Source of the DNA: an uncultured Acidobacteriota bacterium | Lineage (GTDB): Bacteria; Acidobacteriota; Terriglobia; Acidiferrales; UBA7541 | DNA length: 64,000 bases | Reading direction: 5' to 3' | Assembly (NCBI GenBank): GCA_963819745.1 | Contig: CAWFXG010000039.1 | Coordinates: 10,920 to 74,919 of the forward strand | Part shown: one piece after another, positions 39,719-49,908 of the stretch | How the letters are laid out: each line of letters begins with the position of its first letter | How positions within the stretch are numbered: position 1 is the first letter of the stretch | Notes under the pieces: model-generated | What the model saw: the letters and a program-made list of their open reading frames with translations, nothing else | The model's database searches: none | Told to the model about the DNA's origin: nothing | Position numbers and translations under genes: made by a program

Positions 39719-40909
39719 TTGCCGATGATGGGTGCGTGGGCGGCAACCGGAATGCGGGCAGGATGGCGGGATGCGGTGTTGCTGATGGCGGCGTTTCCGC
39801 TGGCGTACTACGTGACGGCGACGGTCGCGGCAATCCGTTTCTGGAAGCGTAAGCGAGCCCGGAGATTGGGAGACTATGCGCCGCCGGTGAGCGTGCTGAA
39901 GCCGGTTCGAGGAGTGGATTTCGGATCCCGCGAAAATCTTCGCAGCTTTTGCACGCTGAATTATCCGGAGTACGAGATTTTGTTTGCGGTGAACGAGGAA
40001 AGCGATCCGGCGGTAGCGCTGATCGAGGAGTTGATTAGGGAATTTCCGGAGCGGGAGATCCGGCTGCTGGTGGGCGCGGAGAAGATCGGGTCGAACCGCA
40101 AAGTGAACAAATTGATCCGACTGACGAATGAGGCGAAGCACGAGGTGGTGTCGTTGACGGACGGCGATGTGCGCGTGGGGCCGGATTACTTGCGCCGGGT
40201 GACCGCGCCACTGGCGGACGAGGAGACGGGAGGAGTAACGTCTTTCTATCGAGCGATTGCGGAGAGAAATTTGTGCGCCGAGATGGAAGCCGTGGGCGCC
40301 GCGAGCGATTTTTTTCCCGGAGTGCTGGTTGCGGAATGGAAAGAGGGAATGACATTCGCGCTGGGAGCGTCGATCGTAACGACAAAGAAGTGGATCGCAA
40401 AAATGGGCGGACTGGCGGCGATCGCGGATATGCATTCGGATGACTACGAGTTGGGGAACCGGATAGCGAAGGCGGGTGGAAGGGTGGAGTTGTCACGGGA
40501 AGCGGTATGGACGATGTACCCGGCGCAGACGTTGCGTGGATTCTGGGAGCATCAGGTAAGGTGGTCGCGCACGGTGCGATTGTGCCGGCCGTGGTCGTAT
40601 ACGGGATTGCTGTTCACGCACGGGCTGCCGTGGGCGGTGCTGGCGGCGGGGATTGCGCCGGAGAAATGGATCGGCGCGGTGTACCTGGCGGCGTATGTAG
40701 TGTTGCGACTGGCGATGGCGTGGACAGTGGGCGTGTGGGGAGTACGGGACGAGGTGTTGCGCCGGAAGATGTGGCTGGTGCCGCTGCGCGACGCGATTCA
40801 TTTCCTGGTGTGGCTGGCAAGTTTTGCGTCGAACCGGATTACCTGGGGCGGAGAAGAGTTCACCATGCGGGAAGGGCGGATGGTGGCGAGCGAAAGGACG
40901 GGAGCGTGA
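39719..40909 (+). CDS. hpnI: HpnI-type GT2 glycosyltransferase, copy 2
   Basis: PPVSVLKPVRG, NRKVNKL, TDGD, DDYELG and HQVRW motifs. Confidence 0.85.
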   Translation: MPMMGAWAATGMRAGWRDAVLLMAAFPLAYYVTATVAAIRFWKRKRARRLGDYAPPVSVLKPVRGVDFGSRENLRSFCTLNYPEYEILFAVNEESDPAVALIEELIREFPEREIRLLVGAEKIGSNRKVNKLIRLTNEAKHEVVSLTDGDVRVGPDYLRRVTAPLADEETGGVTSFYRAIAERNLCAEMEAVGAASDFFPGVLVAEWKEGMTFALGASIVTTKKWIAKMGGLAAIADMHSDDYELGNRIAKAGGRVELSREAVWTMYPAQTLRGFWEHQVRWSRTVRLCRPWSYTGLLFTHGLPWAVLAAGIAPEKWIGAVYLAAYVVLRLAMAWTVGVWGVRDEVLRRKMWLVPLRDAIHFLVWLASFASNRITWGGEEFTMREGRMVASERTGA

Positions 40910-40963
40910 TGGAAATCGTGCGGCGGGTTTGGAGATTTGATGGAGTGGATAAGTGCGGACTGG

Positions 40964-40992
40964 TTGACGCAAGTTACATTCCCTATTAATCT
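40964..40992 (+). promoter_or_regulatory. Sigma70 promoter for tRNA-Gln
   Basis: TTGACG-N17-TAATCT about 65 nt upstream of the tRNA. Confidence 0.55.
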
Positions 40993-41058
40993 GGAAAGGC
41001 TGAATCGTGGCTGCCGGGAGATCCGGAAGTGCTGCGATTCCTTTTTGTTCCCCCCGGG

Positions 41059-41133
41059 TGGGAGGTCGTCCAATTGGCAGGACTCCAGACTCTGACTCTG
41101 GCTATCCTGGTTCGAGTCCAGGCCTCCCAGCCA
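41059..41133 (+). tRNA. tRNA-Gln(CTG)
   Basis: Acceptor TGGGAGG/CCTCCCA, anticodon arm CCAGA-CTCTGAC-TCTGG, T-loop GTTCGAGTC, encoded CCA. Confidence 0.96.
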
Positions 41134-41771
41134 ATTCTGTAGTTTCGTAGGGCCATTTCTGGATTGCCTCGCGTACGGTTCTTTATTCCCTAGTGGAAAG
41201 TCACGGTTAGTGCACGGGTGTGCCCGGCGTCGGGTGAAACGGGTGGCACCTGTCTGGCTTGGGATTCCGATGCAGCGGTCGATTGCTTGGGATGGTGAGC
41301 AAGGGATCGAGTGTTTTTCCGTTGGGAGGCGGTTGAGTGCACTGGAGCGGGGGGAATTTGGGAACTGGGGGCACCTGAAAGAGAGGGGCGACGAACGATC
41401 CGGGAGAAAAGCGTCGTTTCGAGCGCAGAACCAGCGATGCGGCTGCCCGGGAGGGTGAGCAAAACGCGCGAAAAATGGGGCGAATTCGCTGGTTGCGGGT
41501 CTTGCAGACCGTAGAGGTAACGGACAGTACACAATCTTCGCCGGAGGAGATTTTTAGCTCGTAACTCATTCAACAAATTTTTTGGTCAGGTTCCAAAGCA
41601 TTCCGTGCCAGGCCAAATGGACATCGATGAGCGGCCAGAAGATGGACGGCAGCCGCAACAAGTAGGGTAACCGATTTGCGATGGCGCACAGACACGGGCG
41701 GAGCCAGCCGTGCGCGTGGAAATGCCGCGCCAGACCGCAGACGGCAGCGGGGGATCGCCAGAGACACGAAG

Positions 41772-44015
41772 ATGGGGACAAAGGAAACAAAACAAGCGAA
41801 CGGGGACCAGGACTCGACGCCGCACCGGCTGCGGGGTATCGAACGGCGCGAGTGGTTTTTGTGGATCACCGCAGTCATCATCACGCTGATCCTTACGGGC
41901 GGAATTGCGTCGTTTCTGCCTCCGTTGCTGCATTCCGGCGAAGGATGGGAAGCGATTTTCGGCTTGCAGCAGGCGGTTTGGGGACTGGTCGGGTTGGTGC
42001 TGCTGTTCGATATTTATACGGTTTATCAGCAATTGAAGATCCACCGGATCCGGCGACAACTGTTCGAAAGCGAGGAGTTGTTCCGGCTGATCAGCGAGAA
42101 CGCGGCCGATCTGATCGCGGTGGTGGACCTGGACGGCAAACGAATCTACAACAGTTTGTCATACCAGAAAGTGCTGGGATATTCGCCGGAGGAACTGAAG
42201 CATTCGTTTGGACTAGAGCAGATTCATCCCGACGACCGCCAAAAAGTAAAAGACGCATCGACGAACGCGCGACGAACCGGGAAGGGAAGCACGCTGGAAT
42301 ACCGCATCCAGCATCGCGATGGAACCTGGCGGGTGCTGGAGTCGACGGCGAGCGTAATTTTCAACACCAAAGGCGCGCCGGATAAACTGGTGATCGTAAA
42401 TCGGGATATCACGGACCGGAAAGTGGCAGCGGAAGCGCTACGCCTGTCGGAAGTCGGATTTCGTTCGGTGGTGGAAGGAGCGCCTTACGGAATCTTTCGC
42501 GTAAGCCTGGATGGCAGATTCCTGCGGGTGAATCCGGCGCTGCAAAAGATGCTGGGATATCCGAGCGAAGCAGATTTAATGGCGGCGGATCTGGGCAAGG
42601 AAGTTTTTCGCAATGCGGGCGATTTCGAGAGCCTGGTGAAGCTGGTAAGCAGCGCGGGGGAATTCAAAGACGTGGAAGTGGAGTGGAAGCAGAAGAACGG
42701 AACGCCGATTACGGCGAGGTGCAGCGGGCGAAAAGTGGGAGAAGAAGTAGCGCAGGCCTATTTTGAGGTGTTTGCGGAAGATGTGACGGACCGGCGAGTG
42801 CTGGAACGGCAATTGCGCATGGCGGCAAAGATGGAGGCGGTAGGCAGGCTGTCCGGGGGAATCGCGCATGACTTCAATAACCTGCTGGGCGTGATTATCG
42901 GATACAGCCAAGCGCTGAAAAGGAAGCTGGGGCCGGAGAATCCGCTGCGCGAGCATGCCGAAGAAGTGGAGAAAGCGGGGCAGCGGGCGGTGTCCCTGAC
43001 GCGGCAGTTGCTGGCGTTCAGCCGGCAGCAGATTTTGACGCCGGCAGTACTGGACCTGAACGCGCTGGTGTCCGACATGCAGAAAATGCTGCCGAGACTA
43101 ATCGGCGAAGACATCGCGGTAAGCGCGGAGCTTGGTCCGGAGATTGGAAGAGTGAAGGCGGACCACGGCCAGGTGGAACAGGTATTGATGAATCTTGCGG
43201 TGAACGCGCGAGACGCCATGCCGAATGGAGGGAGGCTGGTGGTTCGCACGTCGAATGTGGAGTTCGACGAAAACTACGTGCGGCACCATGCCGGGGCCAA
43301 GGTGGGGCGGTACGTGATGTTGTCGGTGACCGATTCTGGCGTGGGGATGAGCTCGGAAACACTGGCACATATCTTTGAGCCGTTCTTCACGACGAAAGAA
43401 GTGGGCAAGGGTACCGGGTTGGGATTGGCGACGGTATACGGCGTGGTCAAGCAGAGCGGTGGATACATCTGGGTGGACAGCCAGATGGGGAAAGGCAGCT
43501 CGTTCCAAATTTTCCTGCCGAGAGTGGAAGAGGCCGTGACGGAAACGGCGGTGAACAAGCCGGCGGCGAACCTGAAGGGAAGCGAGACAGTGTTGCTGGC
43601 GGAAGACGCCGAAGCGCTGATGAAGCTGGCGCGGACGTTCCTGGAGGGTAGCGGATTCAAAGTGCTGGCGGCCGGGAATGGAGAAGAGGCGATACGGATG
43701 GCGGCGGCGCATTCCGGCAAAATCGACTTGTTGCTGACCGATGTGATCATGCCGGGAATCAACGGGAGAGTACTGGCGGAACACCTGGTGCGTCGCTATC
43801 CGGACCTGAAGGTGTTGTACATGTCCGGTTACACGGACAGTTTTATAGCCGGGCACGGAGTGTTGGAGCAGGGGACGCATTTGCTGCATAAGCCATTCAC
43901 GGAAGAGGCGCTGTTGACCAAGGTGCGCGAAGTGCTGGACGAGAAGGCAGAAGGCGCCGCGGTGAAGACGCAGGAACCGGTATTGGCAGGGAGTAGATCG
44001 GGAAAGAAAGAATAG
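41772..44015 (+). CDS. Hybrid sensor histidine kinase (2TM-PAS-PAS-HisKA-HATPase-REC)
   Basis: IHPDD, AHDFNNLL, NLAVNARDAM, FEPFFTTK, GTGLGL and LLTDVIMP motifs. Confidence 0.93.
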   Translation: MGTKETKQANGDQDSTPHRLRGIERREWFLWITAVIITLILTGGIASFLPPLLHSGEGWEAIFGLQQAVWGLVGLVLLFDIYTVYQQLKIHRIRRQLFESEELFRLISENAADLIAVVDLDGKRIYNSLSYQKVLGYSPEELKHSFGLEQIHPDDRQKVKDASTNARRTGKGSTLEYRIQHRDGTWRVLESTASVIFNTKGAPDKLVIVNRDITDRKVAAEALRLSEVGFRSVVEGAPYGIFRVSLDGRFLRVNPALQKMLGYPSEADLMAADLGKEVFRNAGDFESLVKLVSSAGEFKDVEVEWKQKNGTPITARCSGRKVGEEVAQAYFEVFAEDVTDRRVLERQLRMAAKMEAVGRLSGGIAHDFNNLLGVIIGYSQALKRKLGPENPLREHAEEVEKAGQRAVSLTRQLLAFSRQQILTPAVLDLNALVSDMQKMLPRLIGEDIAVSAELGPEIGRVKADHGQVEQVLMNLAVNARDAMPNGGRLVVRTSNVEFDENYVRHHAGAKVGRYVMLSVTDSGVGMSSETLAHIFEPFFTTKEVGKGTGLGLATVYGVVKQSGGYIWVDSQMGKGSSFQIFLPRVEEAVTETAVNKPAANLKGSETVLLAEDAEALMKLARTFLEGSGFKVLAAGNGEEAIRMAAAHSGKIDLLLTDVIMPGINGRVLAEHLVRRYPDLKVLYMSGYTDSFIAGHGVLEQGTHLLHKPFTEEALLTKVREVLDEKAEGAAVKTQEPVLAGSRSGKKE

Positions 44016-44028
44016 AAGAGGAGACGCC

Positions 44029-44694
44029 GTGGGGAAACTCCTGGTGGTAGATGACGAAGAAGCGATGCGCCGGTTGGTGCGCATGAATCTAGGCGACGAC
44101 TATGAAATCGTAGACACCGGAGAGCCGGAGCACGCGCTGGCGCTCGCGCTGGAGCACAAGCCGGACGCGATTCTGCTGGATTTGCGGATGCCGCGATATT
44201 CCGGATTCGAGCTGTGCCAAACGTTCACGTCGTTCAGTTCGACGCAGCTGATCCCGGTTTTTGTCATCAGCGGGGAGGCGGGAGCGAATACCAAGAATTT
44301 CTGCCGCGACCTGGGAGTGGCGGCATATTTCGAAAAGCCCGTGGATTTCGACCTGCTACGGGACCGGCTAAGCGAGTTCCTGCAAGTGCGGAGGAAAGAG
44401 CGGCGCAGCGAGGTGCGGGTGCGACTAAGCGTACCGCTGAAACTGCGAGGAACCGACGCAAGCGGGGAGCCATTTTCCGCATTGACGATGACGGAAAATG
44501 TGAGCCTAAGCGGATTTCTCTGCGCCTGCAACGCGGAGCTAAAGCCGGAAACGATTGTGGATGTGTACCTGGTCGGGGCGGGAGATCAACTGGTGGGCAA
44601 GGCGCGCGTGGTGCGATCGGAGTGGAAGGAAACGCAGTACCCGCGATATGGATGCAAGTTTGTGGAAAAGACGGGCGGCTGGGTGCTGCAATAG
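44029..44694 (+). CDS. Response regulator with PilZ domain
   Basis: LVVDDE, LLDLRMP, KP; RRSEVR (RxxxR) and NVSLSG (NxSxxG). Confidence 0.88.
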   Translation: MGKLLVVDDEEAMRRLVRMNLGDDYEIVDTGEPEHALALALEHKPDAILLDLRMPRYSGFELCQTFTSFSSTQLIPVFVISGEAGANTKNFCRDLGVAAYFEKPVDFDLLRDRLSEFLQVRRKERRSEVRVRLSVPLKLRGTDASGEPFSALTMTENVSLSGFLCACNAELKPETIVDVYLVGAGDQLVGKARVVRSEWKETQYPRYGCKFVEKTGGWVLQ

Positions 44695-44721
44695 ATTGCA
44701 ACGGATCCCGTAAGGCGGGTC

Positions 44722-45711
44722 TCAATCAGAGGCCAGCAAACAAAGTTGTTCGAAGAGCAGATTGGCGGCGAGGAGCGAGGTAATGTCGCCGTTGTCGTAA
44801 GGCGGAGAAACTTCCACCAGGTCGCAACCCACCAGGTTCAAATTCTTCAAAGCGCGAACAAGCTCAAGAATCTGCATGCTCGAAAGGCCGCCCACCTGTG
44901 GCGTGCCAGTGCCGGGGGCAAAGGCTGGATCCACAACGTCGATGTCCAAGGTGAGATAGGTCTTACGGTTGCCGAGGGGACGAAGTTTGTCTCGTACGAG
45001 GGCCAGGCCATGGGCGTGAAACTCTTCGGCGGTGATGACGGAGATGTGGTGCTCGCGGCAGTAATCCATGTCTTCTGGACCATAAAGCTGGCCGCGTAGG
45101 CCGACTTGAAGGATGTAAGGCTCGGCGAGGAGCCCTTCCTCGATGGCGCGCCGGACCGGCGTGCCGTGTGAATACTTGCTGCCCCAATACTGATCCCAGG
45201 TGTCCGAGTGTGCGTCGAGCTGCACGAGCGCGACAGGTCCGTGCGCGGCATGAATGGCGCGAAGAATCGGAAGAAGAATGGAATGATCGCCGCCGATGCA
45301 GATGGGAATGGCGCCGTGCACAAGCACCGGCTGAAGGCCCTGAGTGATGCGGCGGTAGGAATCTTCGATGGAAAGCGGATTAACGGAAAGATCGCCGAAA
45401 TCGGCGACGCGAAGACGATCGAAGGGGCTGACATCGAGGACAGGATTGTAGGGACGGATCATGGCGGATTGTTCGCGGATGCGGCGCGGGCCGAAGCGCG
45501 AGCCGGGGCGGTAGCTGGTACCACCATCGAAGGGCACGCCGATCAGGGCCACATCCAGACGGCTGGCTTCGGGGATATGAGGCAGGCGCATGAAAGTGGC
45601 GACACCGGCGAAGCGCGGATATTCCAGCGCATCGACGGGAAGCGGATGTGGATCCGGAAGATCCTTCCACTTTTTGCGAGGTATTTGAGGTACGCGTGAA
45701 GGTTTTTTCAT
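44722..45711 (-). CDS. speB: Agmatinase
   Basis: GVPFD, RFGP, GGDHS, DAHSD, HGTP, DIDVVDPAFAPGTGTP and EVSPPYD motifs. Confidence 0.92.
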   Translation of the reverse strand: MKKPSRVPQIPRKKWKDLPDPHPLPVDALEYPRFAGVATFMRLPHIPEASRLDVALIGVPFDGGTSYRPGSRFGPRRIREQSAMIRPYNPVLDVSPFDRLRVADFGDLSVNPLSIEDSYRRITQGLQPVLVHGAIPICIGGDHSILLPILRAIHAAHGPVALVQLDAHSDTWDQYWGSKYSHGTPVRRAIEEGLLAEPYILQVGLRGQLYGPEDMDYCREHHISVITAEEFHAHGLALVRDKLRPLGNRKTYLTLDIDVVDPAFAPGTGTPQVGGLSSMQILELVRALKNLNLVGCDLVEVSPPYDNGDITSLLAANLLFEQLCLLASD

Positions 45712-45767
45712 GGTGTCAGGCGGGCCGCATAGCTATTGCACGCCACCGTTGATATCATGCGGCGCCG

Positions 45768-47150
45768 ATGAACCGCAATGCTCCAGCAGCCGCCGACCCG
45801 TACGCGACTGCTCCCTCAAGGAACAAACTCGCACGCAAGCTGCACGTAACGGATTATTTCTCGCTGGCGTTTGGCGTGATGATTGGCGTTGGCTGGCTAG
45901 TGGTGATGGATGACTGGCTGGAGCGTGGTGGGCCGGCTGGAGCGCTGCTGGGATTTGGAGTAGGGGCGTTGATGCTGTTGCCGGTGGGGTGGGTCTACGG
46001 CAAGTTGATCGAATTGATTCCGGACGCCGGCGGCGAGGCGGCGTACACGGCGAAGGCATTTTCGCCAGGAATCAGCTACGCGACAGGCTGGGTGATGCTG
46101 CTGGCGTACTTCGTGGTGTGCCCGTATGAGGCGGTGGCCATCGGGAGAATCGCGGCGTACTTGTTTCCGTGGCTAAATCGCTACGCGTTGTATTCGCTGA
46201 GCGGATACGTCATCTACTTGCCCCACGTAATCCTTGGACTCCTGCTGACTGGGGCATTCACGGCGCTGAATTATCGCGGGGTGCAACTGAGCGCGCGGTT
46301 CTTGCGATATACGACGGCGATGGTGATCATGATGGTGGCGTTGTTCGGATCCGCGGCACTGGTGAACGGCTCGGCCTCCAATTTTCACCCAGCATTCAGC
46401 CATGCACCATTCCTGTCGATTCTGCTGGTGTGGCAAATCGTGCCGTACTTTCTGACGGGATTCGACGCGGTAGGGAAGTGCGCGGAAGAGGCGAGCCCGG
46501 AATTCCGGCCAACAGGATTTTCGAAGGCAGTGCTGCTGGCGATCGTGATCGGATTCGCGTTTTACGCCATGGTGATCACGGCGGTTTCGTTCGCGGTGCC
46601 CTGGGAGTCGCTGCGGAACGAGAAATTTCCCACGGCGATGGCATTCGAACGTGCTTTACGGTCGACGTGGATCGTAAAGGTGGTGATGGTCACGGCGCTG
46701 ATTTCGCTATTAAAGATCTTCAATGCGAACTTGCTGACCGCTTCGCGACTGCTGTTTGCACTGGGAAGACGGAAGTTGGTGCACGAGCGGCTGGCGTACG
46801 TTCATCCGGTCAACGGGACGCCTACGGTGGCGGTGGTGTCGATTGGTGTGGCTATCGCGGCGACGATTTTTCTAGGGAACGCGATTCTCGTGCCGATATC
46901 CGAAGTGGGATCGGTGGCCGGAGCATTCGGATGGATGGCGGCGTGCGCCGCTTACGTCAAATTGAGCCCGACGGCGGCGGGGCGAAGGATAGCGGGAGCG
47001 GGCGTGCTGGTGACGGCGCTGATGGTGGTATTGAAATTGTTGCCTTTCGTTCCTGGGCATTTCTCGGTCTACGAATGGATTGCGCTGTTGCTGTGGTGCG
47101 GGCTGGGCGCGGCGATTCGAAACCGGTCAGCAAGAACAGCCACCATCTAG
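45768..47150 (+). CDS. APC family amino acid/polyamine permease
   Basis: G.MIGVGW, PDAGG, GFD...CAEE and ASRLLFALGR motifs; about 12 TM. Confidence 0.9.
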   Translation: MNRNAPAAADPYATAPSRNKLARKLHVTDYFSLAFGVMIGVGWLVVMDDWLERGGPAGALLGFGVGALMLLPVGWVYGKLIELIPDAGGEAAYTAKAFSPGISYATGWVMLLAYFVVCPYEAVAIGRIAAYLFPWLNRYALYSLSGYVIYLPHVILGLLLTGAFTALNYRGVQLSARFLRYTTAMVIMMVALFGSAALVNGSASNFHPAFSHAPFLSILLVWQIVPYFLTGFDAVGKCAEEASPEFRPTGFSKAVLLAIVIGFAFYAMVITAVSFAVPWESLRNEKFPTAMAFERALRSTWIVKVVMVTALISLLKIFNANLLTASRLLFALGRRKLVHERLAYVHPVNGTPTVAVVSIGVAIAATIFLGNAILVPISEVGSVAGAFGWMAACAAYVKLSPTAAGRRIAGAGVLVTALMVVLKLLPFVPGHFSVYEWIALLLWCGLGAAIRNRSARTATI

Positions 47151-47204
47151 ACAAGGTATTGGAAGGAACGAAGTGGAACGCGTGTGGGAAAGGCGGAAAG
47201 CGAA

Positions 47205-48569
47205 ATGAATATGTTCTGGAGTGGGACGCGGCTTTTTCTGATTCTTGTATTACTCGGAGCGATGAAAGTTGCGAACGCCGCGGACGACCGACCCATTGCG
47301 ATTGTGCACGCGACGCTGATCGATGGGATGGGCGGGGCGCCGGTGGAAGGCGCGACGGTGATCGTGCGCGGCGGCAAGATCGAATATGCGGGGCCGGATG
47401 GAGGCGTAACGGTTCCGAGCGGGGCGAGAATCATGGATGCGACGGGACGCACGGTGATGCCCGGACTGGCCGATTTGCACGTGCACATGCAAGGCGCCTG
47501 GGACGGGACGTCGGTCGACCTGCTCGGCTATCAGCGGTACCTGAATGCGCTGCTGTATGCGGGGGTGACAACCATCCTGGATACCGGGAATTATCAGCCC
47601 TGGATTCTGCAACTGCGGCAAGAGCAAGCGGCCGGGCGCCTGCTGGGGCCGCGGATTTACTGCGTCGGCGCGATGCTGGATTCCGCCGATCCCGCCTGGC
47701 CGGACCTGGCTTACGCCGTGACGTCGCGCGCGCAGGTTACCGAGTTTGTGCATCGGGACAAGTTGGCCAAAGTGGACATGATCAAGGGATATGCGAACCT
47801 GTCCGACCGCATGTTGCACGCAATTACCCAGGCTGCGGCGAAAGAGGGAATTCGTGTGGTGATTGACCAATGGGAGCGCAATGGATCTCCGGACCTGGTG
47901 AACACCGGAATTTCCGGGTTTGCCCACGCGCCGACGCGAAAGATGCCGGACGAAGCGATCCGGTTCATCAAAGAGCGCAACGTATTTGTGATTTCGACGC
48001 TCATCGTGCACGAATCTTTTGCGAGAACGCGATACCAGAACATGAATTTCCTGCGGCGGCCGCTGATCGCCGATACCACGCCACCCTGGTTCCTGTCCGA
48101 GCTAACTGCATTTGCCACCAAGCCGCAAACGGCAGAAGAGTCGCAGGAAACGCGGGGCGCGGTGGAGGAGTTCGAGGAGTCCAAGCGCAACGTGAAAAAG
48201 CTGTTCGACGCCGGAGTGTTGCTGGCCACGGGCACGGATGCGCCGTATCCGGGCGTGTTTCAGGGCGAAGGGCTGCATCACGAGCTGGAGTTGATGGTGG
48301 ATGCGGGCCTGACGCCGCTACAGGCGATACGTGCGGCCACCTACGATGCGGCGCGGGTGATGAAGGCGGAAGCGGACTGGGGAAGCTTGCAGGCCGGCCG
48401 GCGCGCGAACATGGTGATCGTCAACGGCAAGCCCGCAGAACATGTCTCGGACACGCAGAAAATCGAAACGGTCATCCTGGACGGCAAGGTGCTGGATCGC
48501 CCGGCGTTACGCCTGGATGCGAGCCGGGATGCCGGATATCGGGTGGTGCCGGGTTTGTTCAATCCATAG
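47205..48569 (+). CDS. Secreted amidohydrolase family protein
   Basis: Signal peptide; PGLADLHVH, IKG, AH, GTDA, GSL.AGR.AN motifs. Confidence 0.88.
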   Translation: MNMFWSGTRLFLILVLLGAMKVANAADDRPIAIVHATLIDGMGGAPVEGATVIVRGGKIEYAGPDGGVTVPSGARIMDATGRTVMPGLADLHVHMQGAWDGTSVDLLGYQRYLNALLYAGVTTILDTGNYQPWILQLRQEQAAGRLLGPRIYCVGAMLDSADPAWPDLAYAVTSRAQVTEFVHRDKLAKVDMIKGYANLSDRMLHAITQAAAKEGIRVVIDQWERNGSPDLVNTGISGFAHAPTRKMPDEAIRFIKERNVFVISTLIVHESFARTRYQNMNFLRRPLIADTTPPWFLSELTAFATKPQTAEESQETRGAVEEFEESKRNVKKLFDAGVLLATGTDAPYPGVFQGEGLHHELELMVDAGLTPLQAIRAATYDAARVMKAEADWGSLQAGRRANMVIVNGKPAEHVSDTQKIETVILDGKVLDRPALRLDASRDAGYRVVPGLFNP

Positions 48570-48600
48570 CGGCCACGCCCGGAAGCACTGGAAGATATGG

Positions 48601-49617
48601 TCATACGCCGGCGCCGGCGAGAGAGTGTTTGCCCGATTCACGAAACAAGGAACGGACGTGCAGCGCGAACTGGATGCCGATGAACACGAGTGTAACCAGC
48701 AGTCCGTAGTAGATGCAGGTATTGATGGTTTCAGCGACCTTCACGGAATCTTTCCCATGGTCGCCTGCTGCCGGCAAAATGGTTATCCAGGGTCCCGCTT
48801 TCAAGAGCAAGGAACAGAGGACCAAGCCGGACACGTCGCCAAGCAAGCGCACGGCGGCACGCAACCAGGTCCAACCTGGTCGAAAAAGGTTAATGCCAGA
48901 CTGCACCATGAAAGCCAGCCCCAGGAGCACCGACGGGAAATAAAGGGTATGCCAGATCGGTGAAGGTTTCAGGAAATTCGCTGCCGGTCCGAAAACCCAG
49001 AATGGAGCTCCCTGAGCCGCCCGGAGCCAACACAGGAATACAGCGACAATTACAAGCTGTGAGACAGACTCCATTCGAGAAACTTGTGGTTTGCTGGCGG
49101 GGACGGAAAGATCCAAGTAACGCGGGTAACCAGCTTTGCGCGGGTCCCAGCGGTCAGAATACTTGGTCATGTGCGTCTCGGCGGCGCTGAAGATTGCAGT
49201 GATGATGGCAAACTGAATGAAAAGTTGCAGAAGGCACACGCGAAACATTTCCGAGAGGTTTACCGGCTGTCCGGCGACGAAGAGGGCGGTAAAGATGATC
49301 ACCAGAATGACGCCGGTGATTCCGAGGTTGACTGACAGAACCCTGGCATAAAACGGAAAAAGGGCGGGGCCAACCAACTGACGGCCGAATGCGACTGTCC
49401 GGGTGTCCTGGCGATAGCGCCCCGCGACAAGGACCGGATGGCCGTGTTGCTTGAGAATGGCTTCCTGTTCGGCTTCGGTCAGCGGCCGGTCCAGTTCGCT
49501 TTCCTTGTCTTCCATTTGGGAGCGAATGTTTTCTTCAAGCTCCTTCAGAATATCTTCGCGCTGCGCGGCGGGCAGGTAGCTTTTAACGGCTTTCAGGTAT
49601 TCCTCGATTAGTTGCAT
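48601..49617 (-). CDS. Membrane protein with HAAS-like N-terminal domain (PadR-associated)
   Basis: LIEEYL.AV..YLP..QREDIL.EL, GHP..VA.RY; about 6 TM. Confidence 0.75.
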   Translation of the reverse strand: MQLIEEYLKAVKSYLPAAQREDILKELEENIRSQMEDKESELDRPLTEAEQEAILKQHGHPVLVAGRYRQDTRTVAFGRQLVGPALFPFYARVLSVNLGITGVILVIIFTALFVAGQPVNLSEMFRVCLLQLFIQFAIITAIFSAAETHMTKYSDRWDPRKAGYPRYLDLSVPASKPQVSRMESVSQLVIVAVFLCWLRAAQGAPFWVFGPAANFLKPSPIWHTLYFPSVLLGLAFMVQSGINLFRPGWTWLRAAVRLLGDVSGLVLCSLLLKAGPWITILPAAGDHGKDSVKVAETINTCIYYGLLVTLVFIGIQFALHVRSLFRESGKHSLAGAGV

Positions 49618-49643
49618 TTCTTTCTCCTTCCCTACAAAGCGCC

Positions 49644-49904
49644 CTACAAAACGAAGGAACCGATGTTGTGGACAATGGATAGGCCAAGCCTCGCGGCGAC
49701 GAAGATGACCTCCAAGGAAAGCGCCGTCACGCGGGCGATCGCCGAGAAGGCCTCCGGACCCACTGCCAGAGTGACGGACGCGGCAAAGGTCACTAGCAGA
49801 CGCGTCATGGCGGATTCAAGATCTCGGACGGCGATAACACCGTTAACCTGCACTTCGGTGGCGAACTTCCGTTCGGTACTTGCCCAATCATAGGTAGCTT
49901 GCAT
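49644..49904 (-). CDS. Small hypothetical membrane protein in the PadR operon
   Basis: ATG preceded by AGGGGG; hydrophobic C-terminal half; fills the gap between co-oriented genes. Confidence 0.5.
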   Translation of the reverse strand: MQATYDWASTERKFATEVQVNGVIAVRDLESAMTRLLVTFAASVTLAVGPEAFSAIARVTALSLEVIFVAARLGLSIVHNIGSFVL

Positions 49905-49908
49905 ATCG

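Noticed and set aside
41598-41612. Sigma54 promoter on the minus strand (TGGCACGGAATGC)
   Set aside because: GG-to-GC spacing is 8 nt rather than the required 10.
41134-41771. Prophage/island integration at tRNA-Gln
   Set aside because: No integrase, and I found no duplicate of the tRNA 3' end in the window.
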